Source: Vicinamibacterales bacterium (GTDB taxonomy: Bacteria > Acidobacteriota > Vicinamibacteria > Vicinamibacterales > UBA8438). Taken from it: DNA of 64,000 nt. The stretch covers positions 3,781,661-3,845,660 of the forward strand of contig OZ250139.1 in assembly GCA_965237405.1 (NCBI GenBank), written 5' to 3'. The notes under the pieces are model-generated. The model was not told the DNA's origin, searched no databases, and saw only the letters and a program-made list of their open reading frames with translations. Shown piece after piece: positions 44,229 through 53,747 of this stretch. Position 1 is the first letter of the stretch. The number at the start of each line of letters is the position of its first letter. The translations under genes and the position numbers were made by a program.

Positions 44229-45445
44229 TGCACGCAAAGGTAGACATACTCAACATCGACGGCGGCATCACGGCCGCCGAGGGATTTCGTGCCGCCGCCG
44301 TAGGTTGCGGAATCAAGACCGATGCACTCGACCTTGCGCTCATCGTTTCCGACGAGCCCGCCAACGCGGCCGGCATGTTCACCACCAGTCAAGCGGTGGC
44401 CGCACCGGTCGTCGTGTGCCGCGAGCACCTCGAGAAGTCACACGGAGTGGCACAGGCGGTCGCTGTGAACAGCGGTTGCGCAAACGCCTGTACCGGAAGC
44501 TCAGGCATGCGGGCGGCGCGCGCAATGGCTGACACTGTCGCGACTACCCTCGGATGTCCGGTCGACCAGGCTCTGATCGCCTCAACCGGCGTCATTGGGA
44601 TGCCGCTTCCAATCGAAAAGATCACGCGCGGCATCACGGCGGCCGCTGACATGCTCGCACGCGACACCGGCCTCGCAGCAGCGAAAGCCATCATGACGAC
44701 CGACTCCCGACCCAAAGAATTCGCAGTTCGCGCCAACGCGGCGGCCAGATCGTTCGTGGTGGGCGGGATGGTTAAGGGAGCCGGGATGATCGAGCCCATG
44801 ATGGCAACCATGCTTGGGTTCCTGACGACCGACGCTGACGTCGACCCAGCGCGCCTCAAGCACGCGCTCACCGCGGTGAACGATGACACGTTCAACGCGA
44901 TCACCGTAGATGGTGAGTGCTCGACGAACGACTCAGTTTTCTTGTTAGCGAACGGCGCGAGCCAATTCGCCATTGACGACGCCATGTATCCAGCATTTGT
45001 CACCGCGTTGCATCACGTTTGCAGCCACCTCGCCCGCGAAATCGTCCGAAACGGCGAGGGCGCGACCAAGCTCATCACGGTTCGGGTAACGGGCGCCGAA
45101 ACATGTGACGACGCAAAGCGGGCGGCGCGCGCCATCGCCAATTCACCCCTCGTCAAGACCGCGCTGCACGGCGGCGACCCAAACTGGGGTCGCCTAGTTG
45201 CAGTAGCTGGACGCGCCGGAGTCGCGTTCGAGCTCGCGCGCGCCCGTGTCAGAATCGGTCCCGCCGTCCTCTTCGAGGAAGATACCATTCACATCGACCG
45301 AGAACCCAAAGCGGCGGAACACTTGCGCGCGAAAGAGGTTGAGGTAGAGGTTGACTTGGGAACGGGCGGCCCAGAATCGGCACGCGTCTGGACGTGTGAC
45401 TTTAGCGCAGAGTACATCCGAATCAACGCGGATTATCGGACGTAG
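44228..45445 (+). CDS. argJ: Bifunctional ornithine acetyltransferase / N-acetylglutamate synthase ArgJ
   Basis: GGITAAEGFRAA, self-cleavage site region ATMLGFLTTDA, C-terminal YIRINADYRT. ATG 44228 overlaps the upstream stop. Confidence 0.9.
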   Translation: MHAKVDILNIDGGITAAEGFRAAAVGCGIKTDALDLALIVSDEPANAAGMFTTSQAVAAPVVVCREHLEKSHGVAQAVAVNSGCANACTGSSGMRAARAMADTVATTLGCPVDQALIASTGVIGMPLPIEKITRGITAAADMLARDTGLAAAKAIMTTDSRPKEFAVRANAAARSFVVGGMVKGAGMIEPMMATMLGFLTTDADVDPARLKHALTAVNDDTFNAITVDGECSTNDSVFLLANGASQFAIDDAMYPAFVTALHHVCSHLAREIVRNGEGATKLITVRVTGAETCDDAKRAARAIANSPLVKTALHGGDPNWGRLVAVAGRAGVAFELARARVRIGPAVLFEEDTIHIDREPKAAEHLRAKEVEVEVDLGTGGPESARVWTCDFSAEYIRINADYRT

Positions 45446-45490
45446 AGGGAATTCCTTCTATTACCCAACTCCTTCAACCCGCACATCAAG

Positions 45491-46438
45491 ATGTCCGACT
45501 CTCTCTCCGGTCGGTGTTTTCTCTCGGTCCTCGACTTCGAGCCCGAAGACCTACGACACAACCTGCAACTGGCAACCACCATTAAACGCGATCGCGATCG
45601 CGGACGCGAAGCCTCTACGGCGGCGGCGCTCGAGGGAACGTACATCGCGTTACTCTTTGAGAAGCCGTCTCTCCGTACCCGTTCGACGTTTGAGATTGCC
45701 ATCCGTGAGCTCGGTGGCGACTTCATCGACCCGGTAGCCGAGGTGGTACTTGGTAAGCGCGAGTCGTTGGCAGATGTTGGACGGAGTCTCGAGCGGTGGG
45801 TGGCCGGGGCTATCGTTCGTACATTCGAGCAGTCACGGCTCGTTGACCTGGCAACAGCGACACGCGAGCTACGCGTGATCAACGCGCTCAGCAACGACGA
45901 GCATCCGTGTCAGGCGCTGGCGGACTGCCTCACGCTTCAGGAGCGCTGGGGTGACGTGAGGGACCGGACCGTGGCGTTCGTCGGCGACGGTAACAACGTG
46001 GCGACGTCGTTCGCGCAAGCCGCCACAATGCTGGGAATTACAGTGCATGTCGCATCGCCAGAGGGGTTCAACCTGCCAGGGTCGGTCGACACCGACGTCG
46101 CGCGCGTGGCCAAACATGGCGCGGAGCTCCGTCGATTCCGTGATCCGATCGCCGCCGTCAGTGGTGTCGACGGCATCTATACCGACGTCTGGACATCAAT
46201 GGGACACAAGGCGGCCGATGTCGCTGTGCGACGGCGTCTATTTGGTCCCTACCAGGTCAACGACTTACTCATGGCCCACGCCAAGCCAGACGCCTGTTTT
46301 ATGCACTGTCTTCCGGCACACCGAGGCGAAGAAGTAACTGACTCGGTCATGGACAGCTCCGCTTCGGTTGTATTCAACCAAGCAGAAAATCGTCTCCACA
46401 CTCAGAAGGCACTGCTGTTGATGTTATTCGAGGACTGA
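45491..46438 (+). CDS. argF: Ornithine carbamoyltransferase
   Basis: FEKPSLRTRSTFE (STRTR variant), HPCQ, DVWTSMG, HCLPAHRGEE. Confidence 0.85.
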   Translation: MSDSLSGRCFLSVLDFEPEDLRHNLQLATTIKRDRDRGREASTAAALEGTYIALLFEKPSLRTRSTFEIAIRELGGDFIDPVAEVVLGKRESLADVGRSLERWVAGAIVRTFEQSRLVDLATATRELRVINALSNDEHPCQALADCLTLQERWGDVRDRTVAFVGDGNNVATSFAQAATMLGITVHVASPEGFNLPGSVDTDVARVAKHGAELRRFRDPIAAVSGVDGIYTDVWTSMGHKAADVAVRRRLFGPYQVNDLLMAHAKPDACFMHCLPAHRGEEVTDSVMDSSASVVFNQAENRLHTQKALLLMLFED

Positions 46439-46443
46439 CGCAT

Positions 46444-46944
46444 TCAAGCGCGTATCTCGATTTTCGCGGCTGCACGTTCGACATTCTTAGCAAGCGCAGC
46501 CTTGTACGTTGAGAGTGCCGTCGCGATGGTTGGATCGGCGAGGGCAAGAATCTGGGCAGCGAGCACCCCTGCGTTGGTCGCACCCGCCTTCCCGACCGAA
46601 ACGGTTGCAACCGGCACGCCCGGCGGCATCTGGACCGTGGCTAGAAGCGCGTCCCAGCCCTGGAGGGGAGACGAGTCAATCGGCACCCCGATCACAGGCA
46701 ACGTCGAGTGTGCCGCTACCACACCGGCTAAATGGGCAGCGGCTCCCGCGCCCACGACGAACACCTTCACGCCCTCTAAAGGCGCCGATCGCACGAGATC
46801 AAGCACACGGCCAGGAGACCGGTGGGCAGACGCGACCGTCATCTCACACGAGATTCCTAGATCACTTAGGACATCGACAGTTCGTTGCATAGTTGGAGCA
46901 TCCGAATCAGACCCCATCAGAATCTGGACTTGTCGCTCGGCCAT
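46444..46944 (-). CDS. purE: 5-(carboxyamino)imidazole ribonucleotide mutase
   Basis: MGSDSD, ASAHRSP, GAGAAAHLAGV, IGVP motifs. Confidence 0.95.
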   Translation of the reverse strand: MAERQVQILMGSDSDAPTMQRTVDVLSDLGISCEMTVASAHRSPGRVLDLVRSAPLEGVKVFVVGAGAAAHLAGVVAAHSTLPVIGVPIDSSPLQGWDALLATVQMPPGVPVATVSVGKAGATNAGVLAAQILALADPTIATALSTYKAALAKNVERAAAKIEIRA

Positions 46945-46964
46945 CTTCTCACCTCAATCGCTGG

Positions 46965-48233
46965 CTATGGGACCGCAAGCGCCTTTTGCCCAATGTCGGT
47001 CCGGTAGTGTTGATTGGAGAACTCTATATATCCCACAGCTTCATATGCTCGTGCTGTTGCCGCGTCGAAACTGACACCTTGGGCGACGACCGTAAGCACA
47101 CGGCCGCCGCTCGTAACGACGGTGCCATCCCGGAGCGCCGACCCGGCGTGGAAAACAACGACGTCCGAAACAGCTGACGCTTCGGCGAGCCCACGGATAG
47201 GGAACCCCGTCTCGTGAGGTCCTGGATAACCGCCGGATGCGATGACCACTCCGACGTGTGGGTCGCTGGTGGCACGCCATGTTGCGTTACTGAGATCCCC
47301 GCGCGCAGCGGCGACCAAAACCGGCGATAGCTCGGTTGTGATCATCGGCAGCACCACCTGGGCTTCCGGGTCTCCGAACCGAACGTTGAACTCGATGACC
47401 TTTGGCCCGGCCGACGTCAACATCAGGCCAACGTAAAGCACGCCGCGATACTCGGAGCCTTCCTGCCGGAGACCGTCTAGCACCGGAGCCACGATCTCTC
47501 GCTTCACCTGGGACGACAGCGTGTTAGAGAATAGCGGGCTTGGGGCAAAAGCGCCCATGCCACCTGTGTTTGGACCCTCGTCACCATCGTACACACGCTT
47601 GTGGTCTTGCGCTGAGGGAAGGCTCATCCCCTGGTGCCCGTCGCAGATCACAAAGAGTGACACTTCCGGCCCAACGAGACACTGCTCGATCACGAGACAG
47701 GCGCCGGCATCGCCAAAGCGGCCCTCAATGATGGCCTCGCGAACCGCTCGCCGAGCCGCGACCCTGTCCGCTGCAACGGTCACACCCTTGCCTGCTGCCA
47801 ACCCGTCAGCCTTGACGACAACGGGGTATCCAAATGCCTCGCACGCGGTAATGGCATCAGTCTCGGTCCGGCAGACACGAAAGTCTGCCGTTGGAATGCC
47901 GTGTCGAGCCATGAACTGCTTAGCGAACGCCTTGCTCGACTCAAGACGAGCCGCCGCCTGGACAGGCCCGAACAGCAACTGCCCCGCCTCGCCAAACCGG
48001 TCGGCAACGCCGGCGGCAAGGGGTAGTTCCGGCCCGACAACCGTAAGGTCGACTCGTTCGTCAGTCGCAAGCTTCAGGATCGCCTCAGGATCCCCCACTT
48101 CAACCGGAACGCACCTGGCCTTGATACCAGCATTTCCAGGAGCGCAAATTACCTCGTCAACCACGCTTTCACCACCAAGCTTCCAGGCCAGGGCATGCTC
48201 GCGTGCACCTCCGCCGACGATCAGCAGCCTCAT
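46965..48233 (-). CDS. purD: Phosphoribosylamine--glycine ligase
   Basis: MRLLIVGGGAREHALAWKL, ATP-grasp core, FHAGS...GGRVL. Confidence 0.95.
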   Translation of the reverse strand: MRLLIVGGGAREHALAWKLGGESVVDEVICAPGNAGIKARCVPVEVGDPEAILKLATDERVDLTVVGPELPLAAGVADRFGEAGQLLFGPVQAAARLESSKAFAKQFMARHGIPTADFRVCRTETDAITACEAFGYPVVVKADGLAAGKGVTVAADRVAARRAVREAIIEGRFGDAGACLVIEQCLVGPEVSLFVICDGHQGMSLPSAQDHKRVYDGDEGPNTGGMGAFAPSPLFSNTLSSQVKREIVAPVLDGLRQEGSEYRGVLYVGLMLTSAGPKVIEFNVRFGDPEAQVVLPMITTELSPVLVAAARGDLSNATWRATSDPHVGVVIASGGYPGPHETGFPIRGLAEASAVSDVVVFHAGSALRDGTVVTSGGRVLTVVAQGVSFDAATARAYEAVGYIEFSNQHYRTDIGQKALAVP

Positions 48234-48497
48234 CTCTACATCCTCAATAAATACAATTATTCATAGGGCATACCGGTGCTCGATCGTGCAAAACTCTTGA
48301 TTGACGGTGAATCGGAATTCATCTTAAGATGGAGGGCTCGCTAGCCTCTCGTGGTCCGACCACCCTCACGGGAGCACAGATTACGCAAGCGGTCGGTCGG
48401 TTCGGGGCCGGGTCATGGCTTAATTATGGGTAAACCAACCGTCGATCGCGCGTAGCCTAGCACATCACAGTAGATAGCATCACAGGCGTAGGAGGGG

Positions 48498-48707
48498 GTG
48501 ACAGTCCAGGTGGCGGAAGTCAGGGTTCAAGATAGTGAGTCAATTGAAAGCGCCCTTCGCCGATTTAAGCGAAAGGTTCAAACGGAAGACATCATTAAGG
48601 ATATCAAGAAGCACTCCTTCTATTTGAAGCCTGGCGACAAGCGACGCGCAAAGCAGGCGCTCGCAAGGAAACGTAGCCGAAAGAAGATGCGGCTTCACCC
48701 CGAATGA
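48498..48707 (+). CDS. rpsU: 30S ribosomal protein S21
   Basis: ESIESALRRFKRKV...FYLKPGDKRRAKQALARKR. GTG start preceded by GGAGGGGG. Confidence 0.9.
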   Translation: MTVQVAEVRVQDSESIESALRRFKRKVQTEDIIKDIKKHSFYLKPGDKRRAKQALARKRSRKKMRLHPE

Positions 48708-49170
48708 ATCAATGGCGGTCGCCAGAGCGCGGCGGCCGGTATTCGCGCGAAGTGGCGCGTGACCCTTTGTCACAATCTGTATCCCAGACGGCGCCCGGTG
48801 GTCGGACGTCAGTCCGTTCCTCAGTTTCCGCTCTCCTTGTTTCCCTCCGGCTTGATCAGCGGATCAAGAACTTCATTGTTCTTTTCAGTTTAATATTCGG
48901 CGAGCGTCTCGGCGACATCGGAGCCTTCAGGATCTTCTGCGAACTGTCCGGTGCGATGTATGCTAGTGAACGATCAGAACGAGGGTCCACGGCATCTTGC
49001 AATACGGTGTATTTTGCGAACCGCCACGATGGCACCAGCAAGTCCTACTGCGACACTGCTGCCTGACCGTACGTCCCTGTCCTACGTCTGGCTCTTGGCA
49101 GTAGCTATATTACTAGTCATCTACCGCCCGCTGGACTGAGCGATACTCGAGAGACCGAGACCTACTCCTA

Positions 49171-50115
49171 ATGTCTGAATTCACACTTGAGTCCGAATCG
49201 ATCGACGTCGAACGAATCATGGAGCAGATCCGGACTCGCATCCGAGAGAAGCGTGACGAAAGCTACTCAGAAGAACTGATCCATGAGCTAGCGAATGCCA
49301 CGATCAAGCGCTTCTTCGACCCGACACACGCTCATTCGAGCACGATCGCGTACTACCAGAAGCGATTGCGAGAAAAACAGAAAATGCTGCGGACATCGCC
49401 GCAGATACCGCCGTCGTTTACGTTCGACCCCGACATTATCTATCGTTCGTCACGTGGATTCTCGGGTCGGATACTGTATCGGTTCCGTAAACTCCTCAGC
49501 CCAATCCTCAAATTCTTCTTTAATCCAGCGCCGATCGTGCACGCGTTGACGATGCAGCAGCAGATCAACGAGCGTCACACTGAGGTAATCAGTCAGATGG
49601 TCCGAAGCCAAACCGAGTTCGTCGAGATTGCCGCCATGAATTACGAAGTCATGAATCATCTCGTTGTCGAGATGACGCGGCTTTCGATTGAAATGAAGAA
49701 CCATAAGATGCTGGTTGAGTCCGTCGCCAGGCGACTCGACTTCGATGAGCGACGAGGTCGCGGTCCGGAAAGACCGCCCATCGAACACACCAACCGAGAC
49801 CGCGTCGGATCCAGCGATGCCCACGCCAGTTCTGAGAAGCCGCGCCGCCGGCGGCGGCGCGGACGACGACGTTCGGGTACCACTGCGCCAGGGAACAGCG
49901 CGACGCCCGAAGTCTCAACCGAACCCGCGCAGGCCAGTGGCCGCATCCCTCAGACGGCAGAACCGAGTGCCGGCACCGAAGCACCGACGGTATCTGGATC
50001 GACCAAGCCATCGGGTTCGGCCGACGCGACCGGTCCGACCTCAGCCACCGAGCCAATGTCATCACCTGACGTTCCCGGTTCCCCGGTGACCGGTGGCGGT
50101 TCATCTGGACAGTGA
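49171..50115 (+). CDS. Hypothetical coiled-coil protein with Arg-rich and S/T/P-rich disordered C-terminal tail; first gene of the glycosyltransferase operon
   Basis: The N-terminal IDVERIMEQIRTRIREKR and LLSPILKFFFNPAPIVHALTMQQQINE pattern recalls accessory domains found beside polysaccharide glycosyl/methyl-transferases. GTGA overlap with the next gene. Confidence 0.6.
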   Translation: MSEFTLESESIDVERIMEQIRTRIREKRDESYSEELIHELANATIKRFFDPTHAHSSTIAYYQKRLREKQKMLRTSPQIPPSFTFDPDIIYRSSRGFSGRILYRFRKLLSPILKFFFNPAPIVHALTMQQQINERHTEVISQMVRSQTEFVEIAAMNYEVMNHLVVEMTRLSIEMKNHKMLVESVARRLDFDERRGRGPERPPIEHTNRDRVGSSDAHASSEKPRRRRRRGRRRSGTTAPGNSATPEVSTEPAQASGRIPQTAEPSAGTEAPTVSGSTKPSGSADATGPTSATEPMSSPDVPGSPVTGGGSSGQ

Positions 50116-51455
50116 AGCTCGCCGTTGTCGTCCAGCGCTACGGCGCCTCGCTCAACGGCGGGGCCGAGTTGCACGCGCGTTACCTGGCCGAACACCTCGC
50201 TCGACATGCTGATGTCGAGGTCCTGACGACCTGTGCGCAAGACTACATCACGTGGACCAATGCGCTACCTCGTGGCGTTGGTGAGGTCAACGGCATTCCT
50301 GTACATCGGTTTCCCGTAGCGCGCCAACGCGACCCCCACGATTTCGGCCGACGGTCCAGTCGGGTATTCGGTAGAGTTCACTCACTCTCCGACGAATTCA
50401 AGTGGCTCGACAGCGAGGGGCCAACCAGCCCGTCGCTCGTGCGCCACTTGCGGAATCATTACGACGATTACGACTATTTCATTTTTTTCAGCTACCGCTA
50501 TTACCACGCGTATCACGGAGTGCGCGCCGTCGCGGCGCGGGCAGTGTTGGTGCCAACAGCCGAGCGAGACTCCGCACTCGGTCTCACGATCTTTGCCCCG
50601 ATCTTTCGCTCCGTTCGCGCCATCATGTACAACTCGCACGAAGAACGCGCGCTGATCCAGACCGTCTCGTCGAACCATGGCGTCCCAGGAGTTGTCGTCG
50701 GCGTTGGGTCGGAAGTACCGTCGCGTGCCGACCCGGGTCGATTTCGCGAACGGCATCGAATGACTCGGCCATTTGCCATCTACATCGGCCGAATCGATAC
50801 GAACAAGGGATGCGTCGAGCTGTTCGATTACTTTCAGCAGTATGCGAACGTATCCGGTGAGCTGGATCTCGTGTTGATCGGAAATCCCATGATGTCGATT
50901 CCCTCACATCCGCGAATCCGTCACCTGGGCTTCGTTTCCGAAGAAGACAAGTACGACGCGCTAGCAGCAGCCGATATCCTCATCATGCCCTCATACCTGG
51001 AGAGCTTATCCATGGTCACCCTGGAGGCATGGGCGATGGGCGTTCCGGTGTTGGTCAACGGTGCCTGCGACGTGCTGCGCGGCCAAGTCGTTCGCGGAAA
51101 TGCCGGACTTTACTACACGGAGTCCAAGGAATTCGTCGAGACGCTTCGCGTTCTCGAGAGCCACCCGGTGCTGCGCCGCCGGCTTGGACAGAATGGTCGT
51201 CAGTACTTTCGTCGCCACTACACGTGGCCAGTGATCGAGCAGAAGTACCTCGACATGCTGGAGCGGCTACGGCGCGAGGACGAAGTGGGACACCATCACC
51301 GCCTTGAGCCGCTACCCGGCTGGTTCGTCCGGCACCGTCGTTCGATCCCTGCCGCCGACGAAGTTATCAATGGTCTCCCGTCGGGCCCAGTCCTTTCCAC
51401 GCCCAGCGCTCGAAAGCGGACCGGCGCGCGGCGCACCGATCGACAAACATCGTGA
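50112..51455 (+). CDS. Glycosyltransferase family 4 (type A paralog)
   Basis: GT-B fold with the EX7E-type C-terminal region (PSYLESLSMVTLEAWAMGVPVL). The N-terminus is paralogous to ORF 53744. Confidence 0.8.
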   Translation: MKLAVVVQRYGASLNGGAELHARYLAEHLARHADVEVLTTCAQDYITWTNALPRGVGEVNGIPVHRFPVARQRDPHDFGRRSSRVFGRVHSLSDEFKWLDSEGPTSPSLVRHLRNHYDDYDYFIFFSYRYYHAYHGVRAVAARAVLVPTAERDSALGLTIFAPIFRSVRAIMYNSHEERALIQTVSSNHGVPGVVVGVGSEVPSRADPGRFRERHRMTRPFAIYIGRIDTNKGCVELFDYFQQYANVSGELDLVLIGNPMMSIPSHPRIRHLGFVSEEDKYDALAAADILIMPSYLESLSMVTLEAWAMGVPVLVNGACDVLRGQVVRGNAGLYYTESKEFVETLRVLESHPVLRRRLGQNGRQYFRRHYTWPVIEQKYLDMLERLRREDEVGHHHRLEPLPGWFVRHRRSIPAADEVINGLPSGPVLSTPSARKRTGARRTDRQTS

Positions 51456-52681
51456 CGATATCCGCCACAAGCAATCGGCGTCCCGCCGTGCATCAAGTCA
51501 TGGCAACGCTTGGTTACGGAGACGCCATCGGCAATGAAGCGCTGGGAATTCGCCAGGTCCTTCGCGACCAAGGATACGACTCGCGTATCTACGTGCAAAC
51601 GAGCGATCCGAAGGTCGAAGACGAAACCGAGGATTACCGCAATCTGATCGACGACAGTCACCCTGACAATATCCTGATCCATCACTTCTCGATCGGTTCG
51701 CGAGCATCCCGCTTGGCCTTTGCGCTTCCCGACCGGATGATTCTCATCTATCACAACATCACCCCTCCCGAGTACTTCATTGGCGTCAACAAGACCCTGG
51801 TGAAGCTGTGTTGGATCGGTCGCCGAGAGCTGACCGCCTACCGGAGTCGGTGTGATCTGGCCTTGGGCGATTCGGAGTTCAATCGTCTGGAACTCAAGTC
51901 CATGGGATTCCCGCGGGCCGGAGTACTCCCCGTCGTACCTTCCTTCACTCATATCGACTGCATACCCAACGCGATGTTGGCCAACCAGTTCGACGACGGC
52001 CGAACGAACATTCTGTTCGTGGGTCGGGCGATTCCCAATAAACGCCTTGAGGACGTGATTCGGTTTTTCCAGGCGTACCGTCTCCGCTACGACCGGAGCG
52101 CCAGACTATTACTCGTCGGCGCCCAAAGCGGATTCGAAGACTACGTCACGTCGCTCCAGAATCTTATCTCAACGCGTCACGTCGACGGGGTACATCTGAT
52201 CGGTCACGTGACGAACGAAGAGTTGACGGCCCTGTACGACGTTGCGGATCTCTTCTTGTCGGCCAGTGAACATGAAGGGTTCTGCGTACCCCTCATCGAA
52301 GCGTTTCACAAGCGGATTCCCGTGCTAGCATTCGCCGCTACGGCGGTCCCAGATACTATGGATGGTGGGGGTGTTTTGTACGCCCGAAAGGACCCTCGCT
52401 ACGTCGCCTCCCTCATGCACGCAATTCTCGCAGACGATGTACTCGTGGATCAGGTCCTCAAGTCGCAGGATGCCGCATTGGAGCGACTAAAGAACCGAGA
52501 CTTCGGCGCAACGCTGATGCGATTCGTCACCCAGGTTCAACAAACACCACCCATTTCATCGGCGCCGGTGGCGCCCGCCTTCTGGAAACAGTTCGAGTGG
52601 TGCGAGCATCTGGCGGAGATTCGCCAACGTCGTCCATCGGCGTACTTGGCGTTGCCGAAGGAGGAGGAACACCCGATCTGA
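51452..52681 (+). CDS. Glycosyltransferase family 4 (type B paralog)
   Basis: SASEHEGFCVPLIEAFHKRIPVLA motif. Paralogous to ORF 52683 (shared LALGDSEFNR.EL). Confidence 0.8.
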   Translation: MTISATSNRRPAVHQVMATLGYGDAIGNEALGIRQVLRDQGYDSRIYVQTSDPKVEDETEDYRNLIDDSHPDNILIHHFSIGSRASRLAFALPDRMILIYHNITPPEYFIGVNKTLVKLCWIGRRELTAYRSRCDLALGDSEFNRLELKSMGFPRAGVLPVVPSFTHIDCIPNAMLANQFDDGRTNILFVGRAIPNKRLEDVIRFFQAYRLRYDRSARLLLVGAQSGFEDYVTSLQNLISTRHVDGVHLIGHVTNEELTALYDVADLFLSASEHEGFCVPLIEAFHKRIPVLAFAATAVPDTMDGGGVLYARKDPRYVASLMHAILADDVLVDQVLKSQDAALERLKNRDFGATLMRFVTQVQQTPPISSAPVAPAFWKQFEWCEHLAEIRQRRPSAYLALPKEEEHPI

Positions 52682-52682
52682 A

Positions 52683-53747
52683 ATGATCATCAACCAGTGG
52701 GTGCCCGCGGCTCACCGGCGTGACGCGGTCGGTGACAGCGCACGGGCCGTACGTGACCTCCTACGAGCTAAGGGGCACACGTCGGATCTCTATGCGCTCA
52801 CCATCGACGACGACCTCATCGGCGATGTTAGGCCGTTCAACGACCCAGAGGCGCGGCGCGGCGACGTAACCATCCTACACTTTGCCATTCCGTCTCCAAT
52901 GAGCGAGGCGCTGGCAGCGCTGTCACGGGGTCGAGTCCTGCAGTACCATAACGTAACGCCCGCTCATTTCTTTGCCCCGTACGACCCAGAAATATTTCGA
53001 GTCGCAAGCCGGGGCCGTATCGAACTCGCCAGTCTCGTAGGACGCATCGACCTCGCACTGGGTGATTCCGAGTTCAACCGCCAAGAGCTCAACGAGCTTG
53101 GGTTCGACAGAACCGGCGTCATGCCTATCCTGGTTGACACCGATCGTGTCACCCGTGCGGTGCGGCTTCCAGCGTTAGAAGCCGCCCTGGGTGACGATTT
53201 GACGAATATTCTCTTTGTCGGCCGGGTTGCCCCGAACAAACGAATCGAAGACCACATCCGGCTGGCCGAGCTCTATAAGCGGTACGTGGACCGAGAGTAT
53301 CGATTTATCTTCGTTGGTCGAACGGATGCCGTTCCTCGGTACTTCGCAACTATCCGCGCACTGATGCTCAAATACAAGATGCCTGCGGACCGGTTTCTTT
53401 TCGTGGGACAGGTTCCCGATGACGAACTTGCGGTGTACTATCGGGTCTCGCACGCGTACGTGTCATTGAGCGAGCACGAAGGCTTCTGTGTCCCGCTTGT
53501 CGAAGCCATGGCCACCGGCGTCCCGATCCTCGCGTATGGCGCCGGGGCGATTCCGGAAACACTGGGCGGATCGGGAATCTGCTTCACACCCAAGGATCTC
53601 GAATACGCGGCCGAGCTCCTCGGCATGCTGGTGTACGATGGTACGTTTCGAGCGCAGGTAATTGCCGGTCAGCGTCGACGACTTGCCGACTTTGGTTCAG
53701 ATCAAACAGAACGCGCACTGGACGAGATGATCGCGAGATTGACGTGA
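52683..53747 (+). CDS. Glycosyltransferase family 4 (type B' paralog)
   Basis: SLSEHEGFCVPLVEAMATGVPILA motif. Confidence 0.8.
   Translation: MIINQWVPAAHRRDAVGDSARAVRDLLRAKGHTSDLYALTIDDDLIGDVRPFNDPEARRGDVTILHFAIPSPMSEALAALSRGRVLQYHNVTPAHFFAPYDPEIFRVASRGRIELASLVGRIDLALGDSEFNRQELNELGFDRTGVMPILVDTDRVTRAVRLPALEAALGDDLTNILFVGRVAPNKRIEDHIRLAELYKRYVDREYRFIFVGRTDAVPRYFATIRALMLKYKMPADRFLFVGQVPDDELAVYYRVSHAYVSLSEHEGFCVPLVEAMATGVPILAYGAGAIPETLGGSGICFTPKDLEYAAELLGMLVYDGTFRAQVIAGQRRRLADFGSDQTERALDEMIARLT

Noticed and set aside
48704-49066. 120-aa ORF overlapping the rpsU stop codon
   Set aside because: It has an implausible amino-acid composition, sits in a lower-GC segment with no SD or motifs, and is interrupted by the hairpin at 48851. 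It was treated as non-coding.
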